A DNA stretch of 64,000 nt, from positions 8,928,001 through 8,992,000 of the forward strand of contig OZ024756.1 in NCBI GenBank assembly GCA_964016885.1. The letters run 5' to 3'. Of this stretch, positions 1-12,944 are shown piece by piece. The notes beneath the pieces are model-generated. The model was not told the origin of the DNA. It saw only the letters and a program-made list of their open reading frames with translations, and ran no database searches. How positions within the stretch are numbered: the first letter of the stretch is position 1; every line of letters begins with the position of its first letter. Made by a program: the position numbers and the translations under genes. Origin of the DNA: Eledone cirrhosa (lineage: Eukaryota).

Positions 1-1500
1 TTTATATACATTATATACATTATATAATTTATATACTTTATATACTTTATATACATTATATACTTTATATACATTATATACTTTATATACATTATATACA
101 TTATATACTTTATATACATTATATACATTATATACTTTTTATACTTTATATACTTTATATACATTATATACATTATATACATTATATACTTTATATACTA
201 TATATACATTATATACTTTATATACATTATATACTTTATATACATTATATACTTTATATACATTATATACTTTATATACATTATATACATTATATACTTT
301 ATATACATTATATACATTATATACTTTTTATACTTTATATACTTTATATACATTATATACATTATATACTTTATATACTTTATATACATTATATACATTA
401 TATACATTATATACTTTATATACTATATATACATTATATACTTTATATACATTATATACTTTATATACATTATATACTTTATATACATTATATACATTAT
501 ATACTTTATATACATTATATACTTTATATACATTATATACATTATATACTTTATATACTTTATATACATTATATACTTTATATACATTATATACATTATA
601 TACTTTATATACATTATATACTTTATATACATTATATACTTTATATACATTATATACATTATATACTTTATATACATTATATACATTATATACTTTTTAT
701 ACTTTATATACTTTATATACATTATATACATTATATACTTTATATACTTTATATACATTATATACATTATATACATTATATACTTTATATACTATATATA
801 CATTATATACTTTATATACATTATATACTTTATATACATTATATACTTTATATACATTATATACATTATATACTTTATATACATTATATACTTTATATAC
901 ATTATATACATTATATACTTTATATACTTTATATACATTATATACATTATATACATTATATACATTATATACATTATATACATTATATACTTTATATACA
1001 TTATATACATTATATACTTTATATACATTATATACATTATATACATTATATACTTTATATACTTTATATACATTATATACATTATATACTTTATATGCAT
1101 TATATACTTTATATACATTATATACATTATATACATTATATACTTTATATACATTATATACATTATATACTTTATATACATTATATACTTTATATACATT
1201 ATATACATTATATACTTTATATACATTATATACATTATATACTTTATATACTTTATATACATTATATACTTTATATACATTATATACATTATATACTTTA
1301 TATACATTATATACTTTATATACATTATATACATTATATACATTATATACATTATATACATTATATACTTTATATACATTATATACTTTATATACATTAT
1401 ATACATTATATACTTTATATACATTATATACTTTATATACATTATATACATTATATACTTTATATACATTATATACATTATATACTTTATATACATTATA
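1..1500. repeat. 9-bp tandem repeat (TATATACAT / TATATACTT)
   Basis: Continuous 9-mer array with two alternating variants; rare marker units at ~197, ~422 and ~791 show internal block duplications. The array runs off the window start. Confidence 0.97.
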
Positions 1501-1624
1501 AAACTCTTTTTTAAAAAGAATTGTTCCTCTCATTTTTTCAATAATGTCATCTTTGACGAATCAAAGATAGGGAAAAAAAGAAAAATAGACCCTTAAATAT
1601 ATTTTCCGTGCTATTTCCAATCTC

Positions 1625-1954
<330 letters not shown>

Positions 1955-1956
<2 letters not shown>

Positions 1957-2120
1957 AAATAACAGATTAAAGATTAAGCAAAGAATCGTTGCTTTCACCC
2001 TTAACGGGATCTTCTGAAACTTCTGAAGATCCCGTTAAGGGTGAAAGCAGGGATTCTTTGCTTAAACTTTAATCTGTACTAATAATAAATATTTGCTCTA
2101 GGGTTCTTATATATCTGATA
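1955..2120 (+). mobile_element. Fold-back PLE-like relic (family B) with HHR core
   Basis: Inverted arms ~1962-2014 and ~2024-2076 abut (TA)n; the right arm reads CTGAAGA-tcccgttaagggt-GAAA-gcagggattctttgc-TT; a single-arm copy lies at ~37131-37200. Confidence 0.65.
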
Positions 2121-2364
2121 TTTATTTATCCTTATCGAGCCCTCTTTGGATTTTAGTCTTCAAATTTATTATTATTACTGTATATTCACTGTGGTCTACC
2201 CTTGGTGGTAGGGTCTGCATTGTAGATAGAACTCTCTGATGGCGAGTAATCCAGTGAAATCCATAGAAAGGTTCCGTGTTCCGCTGAGTTAATTCCGTTT
2301 TCAATGTCAGTCGTTCATCGGAAGAGAGAAGAGATGTTTGGGGGGGAAAGTGGGTAGGAGAGAA

Positions 2365-2892
2365 AGTACATACGTACACATACATATACACATACATATA
2401 TACATACACCATCACACACATCACATACACATGCACACGCTTACAGGCATACACTCACACAGTTACACACACATACACACACACACACATACACACTCAC
2501 ACACATACACACACACGTACTCACACACACACATACACACACACGTACTCACACACACACACACTCACACAGTCACACATACACACACATATATACACAC
2601 ACACGCATACACTCACACACACACATGCACACACACACACACTCACAAATACACACAGACACTCACACACTCACACATACACATACATACATACACTCAC
2701 TCACACGCACGCATACACATACATACACACATTTACACACACATGTACACATAAACCTACACATATATTCAAATATACATACATGTAGATAGGTAAATAG
2801 ATAGATAAACGATATAACTATACGTGTATATATATATAAATATATATATATACGTATATATGTATATATATATATATATGTATATATATATG

Positions 2893-2928
<36 letters not shown>

Positions 2929-3475
2929 ATTATACATGCATACAGATAAATAGATAGATAAATGATATAAATATACGTATATACTGTATATACACACACA
3001 TACTAGTATATATAATATATATATATATACACACACTAGTATATATAATGTATATATACATATATATAATAGCACACACATTCATGCGCTGTGTTTGTAT
3101 GTGTGTGTATGTATATGTATATGTATGTATATGTGTATATGTGTGTATGCATGTACATGCATGTGTATGCATACATGCATGTACATGCATGTGTATGCAT
3201 GTATACGCATGTGTATGTATGTATGTATGTATGTATGTATGTATGTATGTATATGCATGTGTATGTATGTATATATATATGTGTGTATGTATGTATGTAT
3301 ACGCATGTGTATGTATGTCTGTATATATATACATGTGTATGTATGTATGTATGTATGTATGTATGTATGTATGTATATACATGTGTATGCATGTGTATGT
3401 ATATGCATGTGTATGTATGTATGCATATATATACATGTGTATGCTTGTGTATGTATATGCATGTATCTGTGTATA
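2365..3475. repeat. Compound CA/TA/TATG microsatellite region
   Basis: Degenerate (CA)n, (TA)n and (TATG)n tracts. Confidence 0.95.
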
Positions 3476-3979
3476 CTTGTAATTACTGCAGAAACATTTA
3501 ATATCAGAGATAAACTTGATTAAAATGGCGGAAATGTGCTAGAAATCTTTTCCGTGATAAAATAACCGACTAATGAATAGGGACAGATGTTAGTTTTAGA
3601 GAAGAAAACATTAGTGCAAATCTAGGAGATAATTCCATCCCACACAGAAAGTAGCTACAATAACATTTTCAGGCATTTTTCTTAGATGACATAATAAAAA
3701 ATAAAAAGCAGACATGCCGCAGTGACAAATCTGTTGAACAGACGACATTGTATTCTCTCAACTAACATTTAACTATTATCTTTGTCTATACTGAAATAAA
3801 CTCCACCTCACATGCATCCGAACGTCATTTTAAGAAGAAAGACAAACAAAACAAACAACAACACCTCCTCTAAATAGAAACAACAACAAAAAAAAACCCC
3901 ATGCCTTCAACCTGGTCACCCTATTTGCTAGAAACAACAGCCAAATATCATTTCACATTGCTCTCATTTAATGTGGTAA

Positions 3980-4135
3980 TACGAGGGTAGGCTGAAAAGC
4001 TTATAGACTGACTACTATGAAGGAGTGATGCTAGAGCTGTGAAATCTTGCATGCATTGTTTCTTTCTAGGGACTATTTTGAAAAATAAACCCCTCAAATA
4101 GTCATTCCAAGAGAGTATCTTTGCCAGCCTATGTA
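3980..4135. mobile_element. Mariner-type MITE fragment
   Basis: Starts TA-CGAGGGTAGGCTGAAAAGCTTATAGACTGAC; body is homologous to the copy at ~6690-6890. Confidence 0.55.
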
Positions 4136-4322
4136 AAGGTAACCATAGTGAGTACAGTGAATTTTTTGAAATTTATTTTGAAACTTTTTCTTATTTGCTA
4201 AACCTTGATTATATATGTTCTGGCTCGTTAATTTATTAACCTGCCATTGAACCACATTGGTATATGGTTGGACAATACATGTGTCCCTGGACGCTTTTTG
4301 CGTGACGGGATATATACTTTAT

Positions 4323-4463
<141 letters not shown>

Positions 4464-4703
4464 ATGAATTTGTTTTGCGAGGTTTTTTTTATATGAAATC
4501 GTATGTCGAAACAAATATTTTTATACTTGGGGAGGGTCATATTGTAATAATATTGCCAGAAATAATAACAACACACTCACTGTTTGGTTGGTTTTCGCTT
4601 CTGTATCTTTTATATCTCCACAGTTAATTCATTTTGTCCTCAATGTTTATCATTGACTGACCAACGGTTAAAAATACAGATATAAACACATATATATATA
4701 GTC

Positions 4704-4747
4704 TAACAAAGTTCTTTCGTTGCACATCTGCAACATCGTCAGTGGTA
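4704..4747 (-). ncRNA. Hammerhead ribozyme motif (5' inverted pLTR)
   Basis: Minus strand: tacca-CTGACGA-tgttgca gatg tgcaac-GAAA-gaac-TT-tgtta; 6-bp stem II. Confidence 0.75.
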
Positions 4748-4831
4748 CTATTATGTTCCTCCTGTTATATTGTATGTCTACGCCATTTTTATTTTATCTG
4801 TTTATTTATTTATTTATTTTTGTCTTCTCTG

Positions 4832-5393
4832 ATTAAAGTGGTAGAAAAGCCAGGAACTACCATAAAATCACTGATCAGCAAAACATACCCTTTTAAGAAA
4901 ACCCACTGTACTAATAGGAAATGTGTTATATGTAAAGTAAACTAAAAGTCGATGAAAACTGCGGAGTGGGGAGACCCAAGATGACCTGGGATGAGGTGAT
5001 AAAAGCCGACCTTACCCAATTACACCTCTCAAGGGCGATGACACACGACCGTGACCTCTGGCGTCACACAGTAATACAGAGTACCCGACCTCCCATGGGT
5101 ACAAGCTGAAGCATATAGACAATATGCCCCCACACCTTCCCACTGCAAGGTGGTCGTGGAGGTGCCACGGCAAAAAAGCACCCAGCCCACACTGTAAAGT
5201 GGACGTGTAGGCGCCACGAAAAAGCACCCAGCACTCACTGTAAATGAGGTTGGTGTTAGGAAGGGCATCCAGCTGTAGAAATCAAGTCAAATCAGTTCCT
5301 GTATGAGCAAGGCATGGTCAGCCGACCAGACACTGCCCACAACAAGACAACCCGTCTAACCCATGCTAGCGTGGAAGAACGGACGTAAAACGG

Positions 5394-5427
<34 letters not shown>

Positions 5428-5752
5428 ACCCCCAGATAAACTGTAAAACTAGAAATGTAGTCTATAGCATAAGATGTACAGAGGGTACTTGCAGAAACAT
5501 GACAACAATATACATAGGCAGCTCGAAGCATAGGAGAAAGGATAGACCAACACTGAGGGGGAATTAAAAGGACGAAAAAATGGTTCAGTACTATACGAAC
5601 ACGCCAGACAACAACATGACGGTAACATAGACAACATAGAAATTAAAATAATATCTAAGCATAGAAATGACCCAGCAGATAGGCAAATCTGAGAGGCAAG
5701 TGAAATAGAACTTAGAAAGCCAAAGCTAAACAGAAAAAATGAATGGAATAAC
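4832..5752 (+). pseudogene. PLE GIY-YIG endonuclease remnant, interrupted by an RTE insertion
   Basis: Manual translation: IKVVEKPGTTIKSLISKTYPFKKTHCTNRKCVICKVN [insert] PQINCKTRNVVYSIRC..TIYIG..SIGERIDQH..SVLYEHARQQHDG..IKIISKHRNDPADRQI*EASEIELRKPKLNRKNEWN. Shows VVY/YIG motifs and a Cys-rich linker, with frameshifts and stops. Confidence 0.82.
4943..5425 (+). mobile_element. RTE-clade LINE 3' fragment with (GAT)n tail
   Basis: Translates KVDENCGVGRPKMTWDEVIKADL (RTE C-terminal GRPKxTW motif) and ends in (GAT)n. It splits the PLE ORF between KVN and PQINC, with AAAC on both sides. Confidence 0.75.
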
Positions 5753-6023
5753 AACACCCAAACAAACAATACTGACCTAAGAGAAATATAAATAAATAAA
5801 TAAATATATACACAAGCACAATAATAACAAACACATATAAACAGACACTAGTAAACTAAGATAGAATACAATAACCAAAACACAGTCACCCAAATGCGAA
5901 CACACACACCAAACACTATACACACACGCAAACGCAAGCGCAGAGAAGACAAAAATAAATAAATAAATAAACAGATAAAATAAAAATGGCGTAGACACAA
6001 TACAACAGGAGGAAACATAATAG

Positions 6024-6067
6024 TACTACTGATGATGTTGCAGATGTGCAACGAAAGAACTTTGTTA
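6024..6067 (+). ncRNA. Hammerhead ribozyme motif (3' pLTR)
   Basis: tacta-CTGATGA-tgttgca gatg tgcaac-GAAA-gaac-TT-tgtta; stem I is weak. Confidence 0.72.
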
Positions 6068-6274
6068 GACTATATATATGTATTTATATTATATCTGTAT
6101 TTTTGACCGTTGGTCAGTCAATGATAAACATTGAGGACCAAACGAATTAACTGTGGAGTTATAAAAGATGCAGAAGCGAAAACCAAGCAAACAGTGAGTG
6201 TGTTTTGTTATTATTTCTGGCAATATTATTACAACAATATGACCCTCGCCAAGTATAACAATATATATATGCAC

Positions 6275-6600
6275 ATGGCTTAGTGGTTAGAGCATTGGCC
6301 TTGCAATCGAAAGGTTGTGAGTTCAATTCTCAGACCGGGCGATGTGTTGTTTCCTTGAGCAAGACACTTTATTTCACATTGCTCCAGTTTACTCAGCTGT
6401 AGAAATGAGATGATAGGACTGAGGTCCAAATCATTCCACTGTAAAGTGGTCGTGGAGGTGGCACGGCAAAACAGCACCCAGCACTCACTGTAAATGAGGT
6501 TGGTGTTAGGAAGGGCATCCTGCTGTAGAAATCAAGCCAGAATAAGTTCCCATCCCACCCTTGCAAGCAGGGAAAAGCGGACGTAAAATGATGATGATGA
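6275..6600 (+). mobile_element. tRNA-derived SINE with RTE-like tail
   Basis: A box TGGCTTAGTGG and B box GAGTTCAATTC; 3' part shared with ~5140-5400; (ATG)n tail followed by (TAGA)n. Confidence 0.75.
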
Positions 6601-6603
6601 TAT

Positions 6604-6674
<71 letters not shown>

Positions 6675-6689
6675 TGTGTGTGTGTGTGT

Positions 6690-7010
6690 ACACGATGATG
6701 AGCTGAAAGGTTCATAGGCTGACTATGAAAGAGTGATGTTAGAGCTGTGAAATCTTGCAGGCATTAATTTCAACTCTTCTTATTAATAACTGCATTGTTT
6801 CTTTCCAGGGACTATATTGAAAAATAAACCTCATTTGGTCATTCCATGAGAGTATCTTGGTCAGACTATGAACCTTTTCATCTTCCTGAAGTGTTCCATG
6901 GTCGTCTTTCTGAAATGCTCCATGGTCATCTTGAAGTGCTCTATGGTTTTATTCTTGAAGTGCTCCATGGTCGTCTTCCTGAAGTGCTCCATGGTAGTCC
7001 TCCAGAAGTA
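6690..7010. mobile_element. Mariner-type MITE ending in a 24-bp tandem repeat
   Basis: GCTGAAAGGTTCATAGGCTGAC ... GTCAGACTATGAACCTTTTCA inverted ends, then ~5 copies of TCTTCCTGAAGTGCTCCATGGTCG. Confidence 0.6.
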
Positions 7011-7087
7011 CTCTGTACAGTTGTCTGGTTTGATTTCCGTACACGGTTCTGTCATATATTTTTCTATCCTTTATCGAGTCTAGAAAG

Positions 7088-7290
7088 ATGGCGGCAGAGT
7101 CATTAGAACGCTGGAGTAAATATTTTGCAGCATTATTTTGGGCTCTTTACATTCTGAGTACAAATCCAGTTGAGGTCAACTTTGCTTTGGATCCTTCCGG
7201 GGTCGATAAAACAGCAGTTATGTACTGGGGTTGATTTAATCAACTCTGCTTTTTCTCCAAATGTGCTGGCCCTGTACACAGATTAGGAAT
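7088..7290 (+). mobile_element. Octopus-type tRNA-derived SINE
   Basis: GGCAGAGTCATTAGAACG...CTGAGTACAAATCC...GAGGTCAACTTTGCTTT...GGGGTCGATAAAA core. Confidence 0.75.
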
Positions 7291-7644
7291 ATCTAAAACG
7301 AAGAACAATGAAGGGCAGATAACTTCGTTTTCTTCTTTCGCCAATAAATTTGAAGCCATTTTTGACTTTGTAATTAATCAATGTAGTTAATCAATGTTAG
7401 ACTACAGAATTTATGGATTGAAATATATTTCAAATTTCGAGTATAGATAAATGGAGGTTTATAGAAAAGGCCAAAGTTGGTTGGGGGTGGAGATGGTTCT
7501 ATGGTCGGGGAATATTTCTGGTAATTACGCTGATTATGTATTGCCGGAGTCGTAGTCGCTGCAGATTATAAAATATGATGGCGGCAGTCTGATCACGTCC
7601 GTCACCCTTGTACCAGTAATATGTTCAGGTTGTTGTTTGTTCTC

Positions 7645-7830
7645 ATGGCGGCGAATTGGCAGAGTCGTTACAATGTCGGATAGAATGCTTTGCGGTATTC
7701 ATTCCGGCACTCTGAGTTCAAATCCCACCGACGTCAACTTTGCTTTTCATCCATTCAAGGGCGATAACAAAGTACCAGTCAAGTACTGGGGTTGATTCTT
7801 CCTCTATATCTCTTTCTCATTTCCACCCTC
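7645..7830 (+). mobile_element. Octopus-type tRNA-derived SINE
   Basis: TTGGCAGAGTCGTTA...GAGTTCAAATCCC...GTCAACTTTGCTTTTCATCC core. Confidence 0.78.
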
Positions 7831-8053
7831 TCACCAACTGGAGTTACGGGATCACACACACATGGTGTTTGTTCTACCGTGAGGGTTGGGTAATGGTTGT
7901 GAAGGACATGTGTGATTGTATGTTTCCTGAAGCGGTATGGGCTCTGGTAAGTGGGGTCATATGAAGGTTTATGTTTGCTTGAGTTTGCAGTTAGCTTTCG
8001 TTTGTTCTGGATGTTTTTATGTTCAGGTTAAGGTAAATGACGGTCATAGTTAC

Positions 8054-8098
<45 letters not shown>

Positions 8099-8099
<1 letters not shown>

Positions 8100-8506
8100 G
8101 GGGTAACAAATAATAGTTATATGCAGTCCACTTAGGTGTAGTCCAGTTATAGTATTCCGGGTAGTGGATGATATCAACGCTTGGCTTGGTTTGACTCAAC
8201 AAAGCGTTTTCATAGTGATGTTGCGAGTATGCTGTAATTCCTATGTTGTAAACACTTGGAGTAATAATAAATCAGGAAAGAAGATTGACATGGTTTGCTA
8301 TACAAAAAAGGTTTTTAATCTCATTGCTGACAATTGTTTCTCTGAACTGGTAGTTCTAGAGATCGCTATTAGCTTGTTTTCACGTTACTCGATCGCCAAT
8401 ACAAAATTATAACCAGTCATCTCGAGACCTACCAGTTCAGAGAAACAATTGTCAGCAATGAGATTAAAAACCTTTTTTGTATAGCAAACCATGTCAATCT
8501 TCTTTC

Positions 8507-8511
<5 letters not shown>
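8099..8511. mobile_element. Fold-back PLE-like relic (family C) between (TA)n tracts
   Basis: ~83-bp perfect inverted arms 8271-8353 and 8429-8511, each with GAAA-CAATTG-TC (palindromic HHR stem III, GUC triplet); no CUGANGA half found. Confidence 0.6.
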
Positions 8512-8587
<76 letters not shown>

Positions 8588-8715
8588 TGTCCCGTAACTC
8601 CTGATAGAGTCGTTGGTGCGCCATATTTATATACGGTGTTATGGGGACATATTAAGCCTTTCAGAGAAAAATAGAAAGTGAGAGAGAGGAAATGAGAAAG
8701 AGATATAGAGGAAGA

Positions 8716-9015
8716 ATCGATCCCAGTACTAGATTTTTTTTATCGACCTCGAAAGGATGAAAGGCAAAGTTAACCTCGGTGGGATTTGAACTCAGAGAGC
8801 AGAAAGCTGGAATACCATAAAGCATTATATCTGACATTTGGCAGTATCAGTAGAGGGTCGGACGCCATGTTTTGCAGCAAAAGAGTTACGTCACTTTGCG
8901 ATATGAGTTCAAATCCCGCCGAGGTTGACTTTGCCTTTCATCCTTACGGAGTCGATAAAATAAAGTACCAGTAATGCACTGGTATAATTGCTGGCCTTGT
9001 GCCAAAAAGTAGAAT
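8716..9015. mobile_element. Two divergently oriented SINE copies (minus 8716-8830, plus 8838-9015)
   Basis: The SINE core GAGTTCAAATCCC..GAGGT.AACTTTGCCTTTCATCC occurs on both strands. Confidence 0.78.
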
Positions 9016-9159
9016 CAATTATATATCACATTCTAATGACTCTGACAATTCGCCACCTTACGTATATCAGACTAACCCAGGCTCTGCTGCACTTCAGGCT
9101 GAGGAGAGTAAACTCTCTAAATATCGGTCGCTCTCCGACAGGTTTGGATCTCGAGCCCC

Positions 9160-10352
9160 TAGTAGTGGAGACTCCTGGTTTCCTTAGCCCTAGGACCACC
9201 TCCCTACTCACCACTATCAGCAGAGAGTTGGCTACCTGTAGCAGTGGAGACTTCTGGTGTCCTTGGCCATAGGACCACCTCCCCCCTCACCACCATCAGC
9301 AGAAGGTTGGCTACATGTAGTAGTGGAGACTCCTGGTGTCCTTGGCCATAGGACAACACCTCCCTACTCACCACCATCAGCAGAGAGTTGGCTACCTGTA
9401 GCAGTGGAGACTTCTGGTGTCCTTGGCCTTAGGACCACCTCCCCCCTCACCACCATCAGCACAGAGTTGGCTACATGTAGCAGTGGAAACTCCTGGTGTC
9501 ATTGGCCCTAGGACCACACCTCCCTACTCACCACCATCGGTATGGAGTTGGCTACCTGCAGCAGTGGAAACTCCTGGTGTCCTTGGCCCTAGGACCACCT
9601 CCCTACTCACCACCATCAGCAGAGAGTTGGCTACCTGTAGCAGTGGAGACTTCTGGTGTCCTTGGCCCTAGGACCACCTCCCTACTCACCACCATCAGCA
9701 GAGAGTTGGTTACCTGTAGCAGTGGAGACTTCTGGTGTCCTTGGCCCTAGGACCACCTCCCTACTCACCACCATCAGCAGAGAGTTGGCTACCTGTAGCA
9801 GTGGAGACTTCTGGTGTCATTGGCCCTAGGACCACACCTCCCTACTCACCACCATCAGCAGAGAGTTGGTTACCTGTAGCAGTGGAGACTTCTGGTGTCC
9901 TTGGCCCTAGGACCACCTCCCTACTCACCACTATCAGCAGAGAGTTGGCTACCTGTAGCAGTGGAGACTTCTGGTGTCCTTGGCCCTAGGACCACCTCCC
10001 TACTCACCACCATCAGCAGAGAGTTGGCTACCCACAGCAGTGGAGACTTCTGGTGTCCTTGGCTCTAGGACCACCTCCCTACTCACCACCATTAGCAGAG
10101 AGCTGGCTACCTGTAGCAGTGGAGACTTCTGGTGTCCTTGGCCCTAGGACTACCTCCCTACTCACCACTATCAGCAGAGAGTTGGTTACATGTAGTAGTG
10201 GAGACTTCTGGTGTCCTTGGCTCTAGGACCACCTCCCTACTCACCACCATCAGCAGAAAGTTGGCTACCTGTAGAAGTGGAGACTCCTGGTGTCCTTGGC
10301 CCTATGACAACCTCCCTACTCACCACCATCAGCAGAGAGTTGGCTACCTGCA
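9160..10352. repeat. 79/81-bp minisatellite, ~15 copies
   Basis: Unit GTAGCAGTGGAGACTTCTGGTGTCCTTGGCCCTAGGACCACCTCCCTACTCACCACCATCAGCAGAGAGTTGGCTACCT. Confidence 0.95.
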
Positions 10353-10357
10353 GCATC

Positions 10358-10591
10358 TCCACCACCACCATCATCACCACCACCACCACCATCATCATCA
10401 TCACCACCACCACCATCATCACCACCACCGCCATTATCACCACCACCATCACCACCACCGCTATCATCACCACCACCACCATCATCACCACCACCACCAT
10501 CATCATCATCATTAATACCATCACCATCATCATCATCATCATCATCATCTCTACCTTCAATATCATCCCCCCCCCCCATCATCATCATCAA
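10358..10591. repeat. (CAC/CAT)n microsatellite
   Basis: Trinucleotide tract directly after the minisatellite. Confidence 0.95.
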
Positions 10592-11290
10592 CTATGAAAA
10601 TAAATTGTTTTCATTGGAAACCTAATCCTTTTTAATTACTTATCAATATTAAAATGTATCCCGCATTAATGGTGTTCCCATTAGCATCTCTGGCGACTAG
10701 TGTTCCCATTAGCATCTCCAGTAACAACAACAACAACAACAACACCCCTGGCTCTAAATGTTATTTGAAACAGAATAAGCACAAATACATAAGAAGTCTT
10801 TTAATCCGATCTAATCTACTAGAGACGACTGAAAACAGTTTGAAAGATTTTGAAAGAGTTTGAAAGAGGGTGTAATTTAGCAGAGAAGAAATCTGACCTA
10901 TTTTCTTTATTGTGACTCGCAACTTACTTGTCTTATATTTCAATTACTACTTGTTCTGACGCAATTCTCATTTCATTTGTTCTATTTCAAGACCTGTCAT
11001 GCAGTACTACTATCATATTTTCGAACTTTCTCTAATTAATTGTCTTTTTGATTGAAACGTCTCGAAATTCTTCTTGCATTCTTCGAGGTGAGGCAAGAAC
11101 TATTTTACAGTGGGAACCGTTAACTGTTTGTGTTTCTATTTGGCATAGAAAAATGGTGAGACAAATAAATTTATATCTTGCTTCACTTGTAATTCAAACC
11201 TATTTAGTAACGCTTGCAGTTTTTGCAGAATTCCATTTTTTTTCTCAAACGAGAAATCTTTTATTATATGTTTTATAAAAGTAAAAAAAG

Positions 11291-11321
<31 letters not shown>

Positions 11322-11682
11322 AATAAAGGGAAAAAAAAGGAAAAAAAACAACAACAAAAAAACACCAACAACAGAAATAAGAAAAAAACATTTTGTTATG
11401 GCGTAGGATTCCAGTTAATAACCAGCTGTACAATTCTTTGACTGTAGTGTCAGATGATGGTGTTAAGCAAACTTTGTTTGTACTAGGATAAATACGAGAG
11501 GCATGTAGCATAGATTTATTTCCTCTGGGACATTTGTAAAGATAAACAGAGCAGTAAAGAGCACAGAAGACGTTGAATTAATGCTTCTAACACACTCACT
11601 TATCTTCTAAACACACTGACTTATTTTCTGACATATTTTTACAAGATTCAATAAAATAATCCAGTACTTAATTCTGAAATGT

Positions 11683-12065
11683 ATGGATTGGCAGTATCGG
11701 TAGAGGGTCGGACGCCATGCTTTGCGTCACAGAGTTACGGCCCTTTATGGTCTGAGTTCAAATCCCGCCGAGGTCAACTTTGCCTTTCATCATTACGGGG
11801 TCGATAAAATAAAGTACCAGCAATGTACTGGAATAATTGCTGGCCTTGTGCCAAAAGTAGAAAGAAATATTATTAAAAAGGGCGGTGGATTGGCAGTATG
11901 AGGAGAGCGTCGACGCCATGCTTTGCAGCATAGAGTTACGCCCCTTTACGGTCTGAGTTCAAATCCCGCCGAGGTCAACTTTGCCTTTCATCCTTACAGG
12001 GTCGATAAAATAAAGTACCAGTAATGTACTGGGATAATTGCTGGCCTTGTGCCAAAAGTAGAAAT
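11683..12065 (+). mobile_element. Head-to-tail dimer of octopus-type SINEs
   Basis: Two ~185-bp copies (11683-11865, 11880-12065) with B box GAGTTCAAATCC. Confidence 0.82.
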
Positions 12066-12084
12066 AATTATTTAAAAAAATAGA

Positions 12085-12882
12085 AAGAAGGGAGAGCTAG
12101 TAGCTAAGTTAGATGAGGCTATTTGTAGTGGCATTGCAACTGACGTGTTAGCGGCGAGAATAGCATTAGACCAGACATGTCAAACATGCAACTCACGGGC
12201 TGCATGTGGTCCTTTGCAAGTACACATGCGGCCTGCACAAAGGTTTTTATTGCGCGAGCATGTTTTATCTTTGTAATATAAAATTTTAAAAATTAGTTGT
12301 AATGTACACAATTAGTTATCGTGTGTGGCCCTCAGACAACACATGTGTGACCTATGTGGCCCTCAGACTACATATATGTGACCCATGTGGTCCTCGGGAG
12401 ACCCTCAGTTTGACATGCCTGCATTAGACCATTTCTTCAATGCAAAACACGAAGGTTGCATTGTCAGAGCTAAGGCGCGAGCTCTAACAAACGAGGGCAC
12501 CAAAGCTGTTCGATAGGCCCACATGGTGGAGGCGCAGCGTGATAATAAAACCACAATTCGATCTTTGACAGACTGAAACGAATTCAGGCAGAACGATTCC
12601 AGGCAGATGTGTGAGGCCTTTCGCCAGCACTTTGCTCAGTTGTTCGGGTGGGGGGAGGAGACGGTGGCGGATTTCAGTCCCTAACTCGACGCCCTACCGC
12701 GTCTCTCATCAACCGATGTTGGGTGCTGCGAAAGCCGATAACCTCAGTCGAGATTCAGGATGTCCTAGTCGGCTGCACGAGGTGCAAGTCACCTGGTTTG
12801 GATGGTCTGCCCTACGAGCTTTACATAGACATGCGAGACTTGTTCTCCGATCTTCACGAAGCACTCAATTGCAACTGGCAGT
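12085..12882 (+). pseudogene. Tx1/L1-clade LINE ORF2 remnant
   Basis: Translates ..HEGCIVRAKAR..MCEAFRQHFAQLF..ITSVEIQDVLVGCTRCKSPGLDGLPYELY..CNWQ (KSPGxDG motif preceding the RT domain); stops and frameshifts. Confidence 0.8.
12172..12421. mobile_element. hAT (Charlie-like) MITE, 250 bp
   Basis: TIRs CAGACATGTCAAAC / GTTTGACATGCCTG; exact 8-bp TSD CATTAGAC at 12164-12171 and 12422-12429. Confidence 0.9.
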
Positions 12883-12944
12883 TTGTAGCAAAAGTAAAAG
12901 TCTTCTTAAATTTGGTAAAAATATAATTAATTCTTCTTTCTAAC

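Larger units (their letters stand above)
4521..6258 (+). mobile_element. Truncated Penelope-like element with inverted terminal repeats (pLTRs)
   Basis: ~310-bp inverted repeats at 4521-4831 and 5941-6258, each carrying an HHR, flank a GIY-YIG endonuclease remnant. An inverted 5' pLTR is established PLE architecture. Confidence 0.85.

Noticed and set aside
6275-6345. tRNA gene candidates (also 35591 and ~40015)
   Set aside because: A and B boxes continue into SINE-like bodies, and I could not form a cloverleaf.
9160-10597. 84-128 aa ORFs, including poly-His and poly-Thr
   Set aside because: Products of a 79/81-bp minisatellite and a trinucleotide tract.
10600-11680. Possible host exons in unique AT-rich sequence
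   Set aside because: No convincing frame with paired splice sites and no recognisable protein motif; small exons cannot be excluded without RNA-seq.
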